A stretch of 64,000 nucleotides of DNA from contig CACIBF010000001.1 in NCBI GenBank assembly GCA_902584815.1, positions 9,653-73,652 of the forward strand, read 5' to 3'. How positions within the stretch are numbered: the stretch's first letter is position 1; each line of letters starts with the position of its first letter. The position numbers and the translations under genes are program-made. The stretch comes from an uncultured Pelagibacteraceae bacterium (GTDB lineage: Bacteria; Pseudomonadota; Alphaproteobacteria; Pelagibacterales; AG-422-B15). Positions 62,574 to 64,000 of this stretch are shown piece after piece. The notes under the pieces were generated by a model. It ran no database searches. It saw nothing but the letters and a program-made list of their open reading frames with translations, and was not told the origin of the DNA.

Positions 62574-63320
62574 ATGATTAATATAAATAACGCTGAAGTT
62601 AAGTTGTTTAATGAAATAGATAGTACAAATTCAGCTGCACTAGATCATTTAAATACTATAGGTGGAATTAGTGATCCAATATGGTTTAGAGCTAAAGTGC
62701 AAACTAAGGGTAGAGGAAGAAATAAAAATAGCTGGGTTTCTGATGAAGGAAACTTATTTACGACTTTATTGACCAATATATCTTGGAAACTAAACGTTAT
62801 TCCAATGTTATCATGTGTGATTGCTGTGTCCGTTCATCAGTCAGTTAGCTCGTTTTTGGATAATCAAAATCCTTTAAAAATAAAATGGCCAAATGATATA
62901 TTGTTTGAAAATTCAAAATTATCAGGAGTATTGATTGAAAACCAATTAAGTGGCGATAATAAATTTTCAATCATTGGCATTGGGGTCAATATTATATCCT
63001 CTCCCGAGAATCTTAGCCATCAGACGGTCTGTCTTAATGATTTGACATCAAAAAAAGACAATCTACTGGAGAATTTTTTTGATGTATTGAGAGAAAAAAT
63101 TCATACAAATCTCAATTATTTCAATGAGGGATCAATTAATCTTTTCAGGGAATATACCTTGTCAAATTTATGGAAATTGAATAAAGATGTCGAGTTCAAT
63201 CATTCTGGTCTTGTTGAGATAGGAACTTTAACAGGATTAAGTGACAACTATGAGATTGAACTTGAAATAGAAAATAAGATTAAAAAATTTAATTCAGGCG
63301 AGATCTCAATTAGAAAATAA
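62574..63320 (+). CDS. birA: Biotin--[acetyl-CoA-carboxylase] ligase (no N-terminal HTH domain)
   Basis: Biotin-binding loop GRGRNKNSWVS. At 248 aa it lacks a repressor domain. Confidence 0.88.
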   Translation: MININNAEVKLFNEIDSTNSAALDHLNTIGGISDPIWFRAKVQTKGRGRNKNSWVSDEGNLFTTLLTNISWKLNVIPMLSCVIAVSVHQSVSSFLDNQNPLKIKWPNDILFENSKLSGVLIENQLSGDNKFSIIGIGVNIISSPENLSHQTVCLNDLTSKKDNLLENFFDVLREKIHTNLNYFNEGSINLFREYTLSNLWKLNKDVEFNHSGLVEIGTLTGLSDNYEIELEIENKIKKFNSGEISIRK

Positions 63321-63325
63321 AAAAT

Positions 63326-64000
63326 ATGCATATATTGGTAGACATAGGAAATACAAATATATTATTTGGTAAATTTAATAATTTAGGTTTAATTGAACAG
63401 CTCCGAATTGAGACAGAAATCTTTGATAAAGATGTTTCTAGCGTTGAGAGTAAAACCTATAAAAAGATAAATAATTTTATCGAAACTGATTGCGTTGACT
63501 GTTTTATTTCTGGTGTAGTTCCCGATACGATTTTGTCTCTAATAAATTTTATGAAAAATTATCAAGAGTTAAATATAGTTGAAATTGATAATGAATATTT
63601 GGGTGATTTAATTAAAATTGATGTAGACAAGCCTAATGAGGTTGGTGTTGACCGCTTGATTAATTCATACGCGGGATTAAATATATACAATGGCCCCTTA
63701 ATAATTATTGATTTTGGAACTGCCACTACTTTTGATCTTGTTGATTCTAGTGGTTCATATATTGGTGGAATAATATGCCCTGGAGTAAATCTTTCAATTC
63801 AGTCTCTTGCTCATAATACGGCAAAACTTCCATTAATAGAGATTAAAAAAGTTGAAAAATTAATTGGGAAAGATACTGCGTCAGCAATTGAATCTGGAAT
63901 TTACTGGGGCTATGTAAGTTTAGTTGGAGGATTAATAGATAGGTTAAAAAAGCAAAATGGATTTAAAGATGCAAATATTATTGCAACTGGAGGACTGTCA
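63326..64000 (+). CDS. coaX: Type III pantothenate kinase (3' end outside window)
   Basis: MHILVDIGNTN phosphate-1 motif and IIIDFGTATTFD. The frame stays open to the window end. Not in the ORF track because no stop is reached. Confidence 0.85.
   Translation, partial: MHILVDIGNTNILFGKFNNLGLIEQLRIETEIFDKDVSSVESKTYKKINNFIETDCVDCFISGVVPDTILSLINFMKNYQELNIVEIDNEYLGDLIKIDVDKPNEVGVDRLINSYAGLNIYNGPLIIIDFGTATTFDLVDSSGSYIGGIICPGVNLSIQSLAHNTAKLPLIEIKKVEKLIGKDTASAIESGIYWGYVSLVGGLIDRLKKQNGFKDANIIATGGLS

Overview
The window is a very AT-rich (about 30% G+C by eye, not computed), tightly packed alphaproteobacterial chromosome segment. All family assignments come from motif recognition in the translations; no database search was possible. 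Gene order points to a streamlined marine alphaproteobacterium (SAR11/Pelagibacterales-like is an inference): secDF, uvrA/ssb, gyrA, coaD, queA-tgt, parE, glnB-glnII-glnA, tRNA-Leu-tig-clpP-clpX-lon-hupB-tRNA-Val-tRNA-Asp, and a complete nuoA-N operon followed by birA-coaX. Most of this is housekeeping. The exception is a 14.6-kb accessory-looking block (33990-48606) between the tRNA-Val/Asp pair and nuoA. It holds small membrane or secreted unknowns, a sulfide-oxidation module (SQR, persulfide dioxygenase, rhodanese and a methyltransferase), a GST/SMP-30 pair, and a 6.3-kb gene. That gene encodes a signal peptide, a PA14-like domain, 15 tandem Ig-like modules and a C-terminal autotransporter-like beta-barrel. 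It is the best candidate for something undescribed. It contains 100% identical DNA repeat segments. A perfect 24-bp palindrome lies upstream of it, as does a 12-mer also found in the glnB leader. Other points worth a second look:
- a PII protein lacking the Tyr51 modification site;
- a Tgt with two of its four zinc ligands replaced;
- all eight convergent gene pairs ending within 6 nt of each other, three sharing a TTAA double stop;
- an unlisted DUF2256-like mini-ORF.
No CRISPR arrays, rRNA genes, transposases or integrases were seen.
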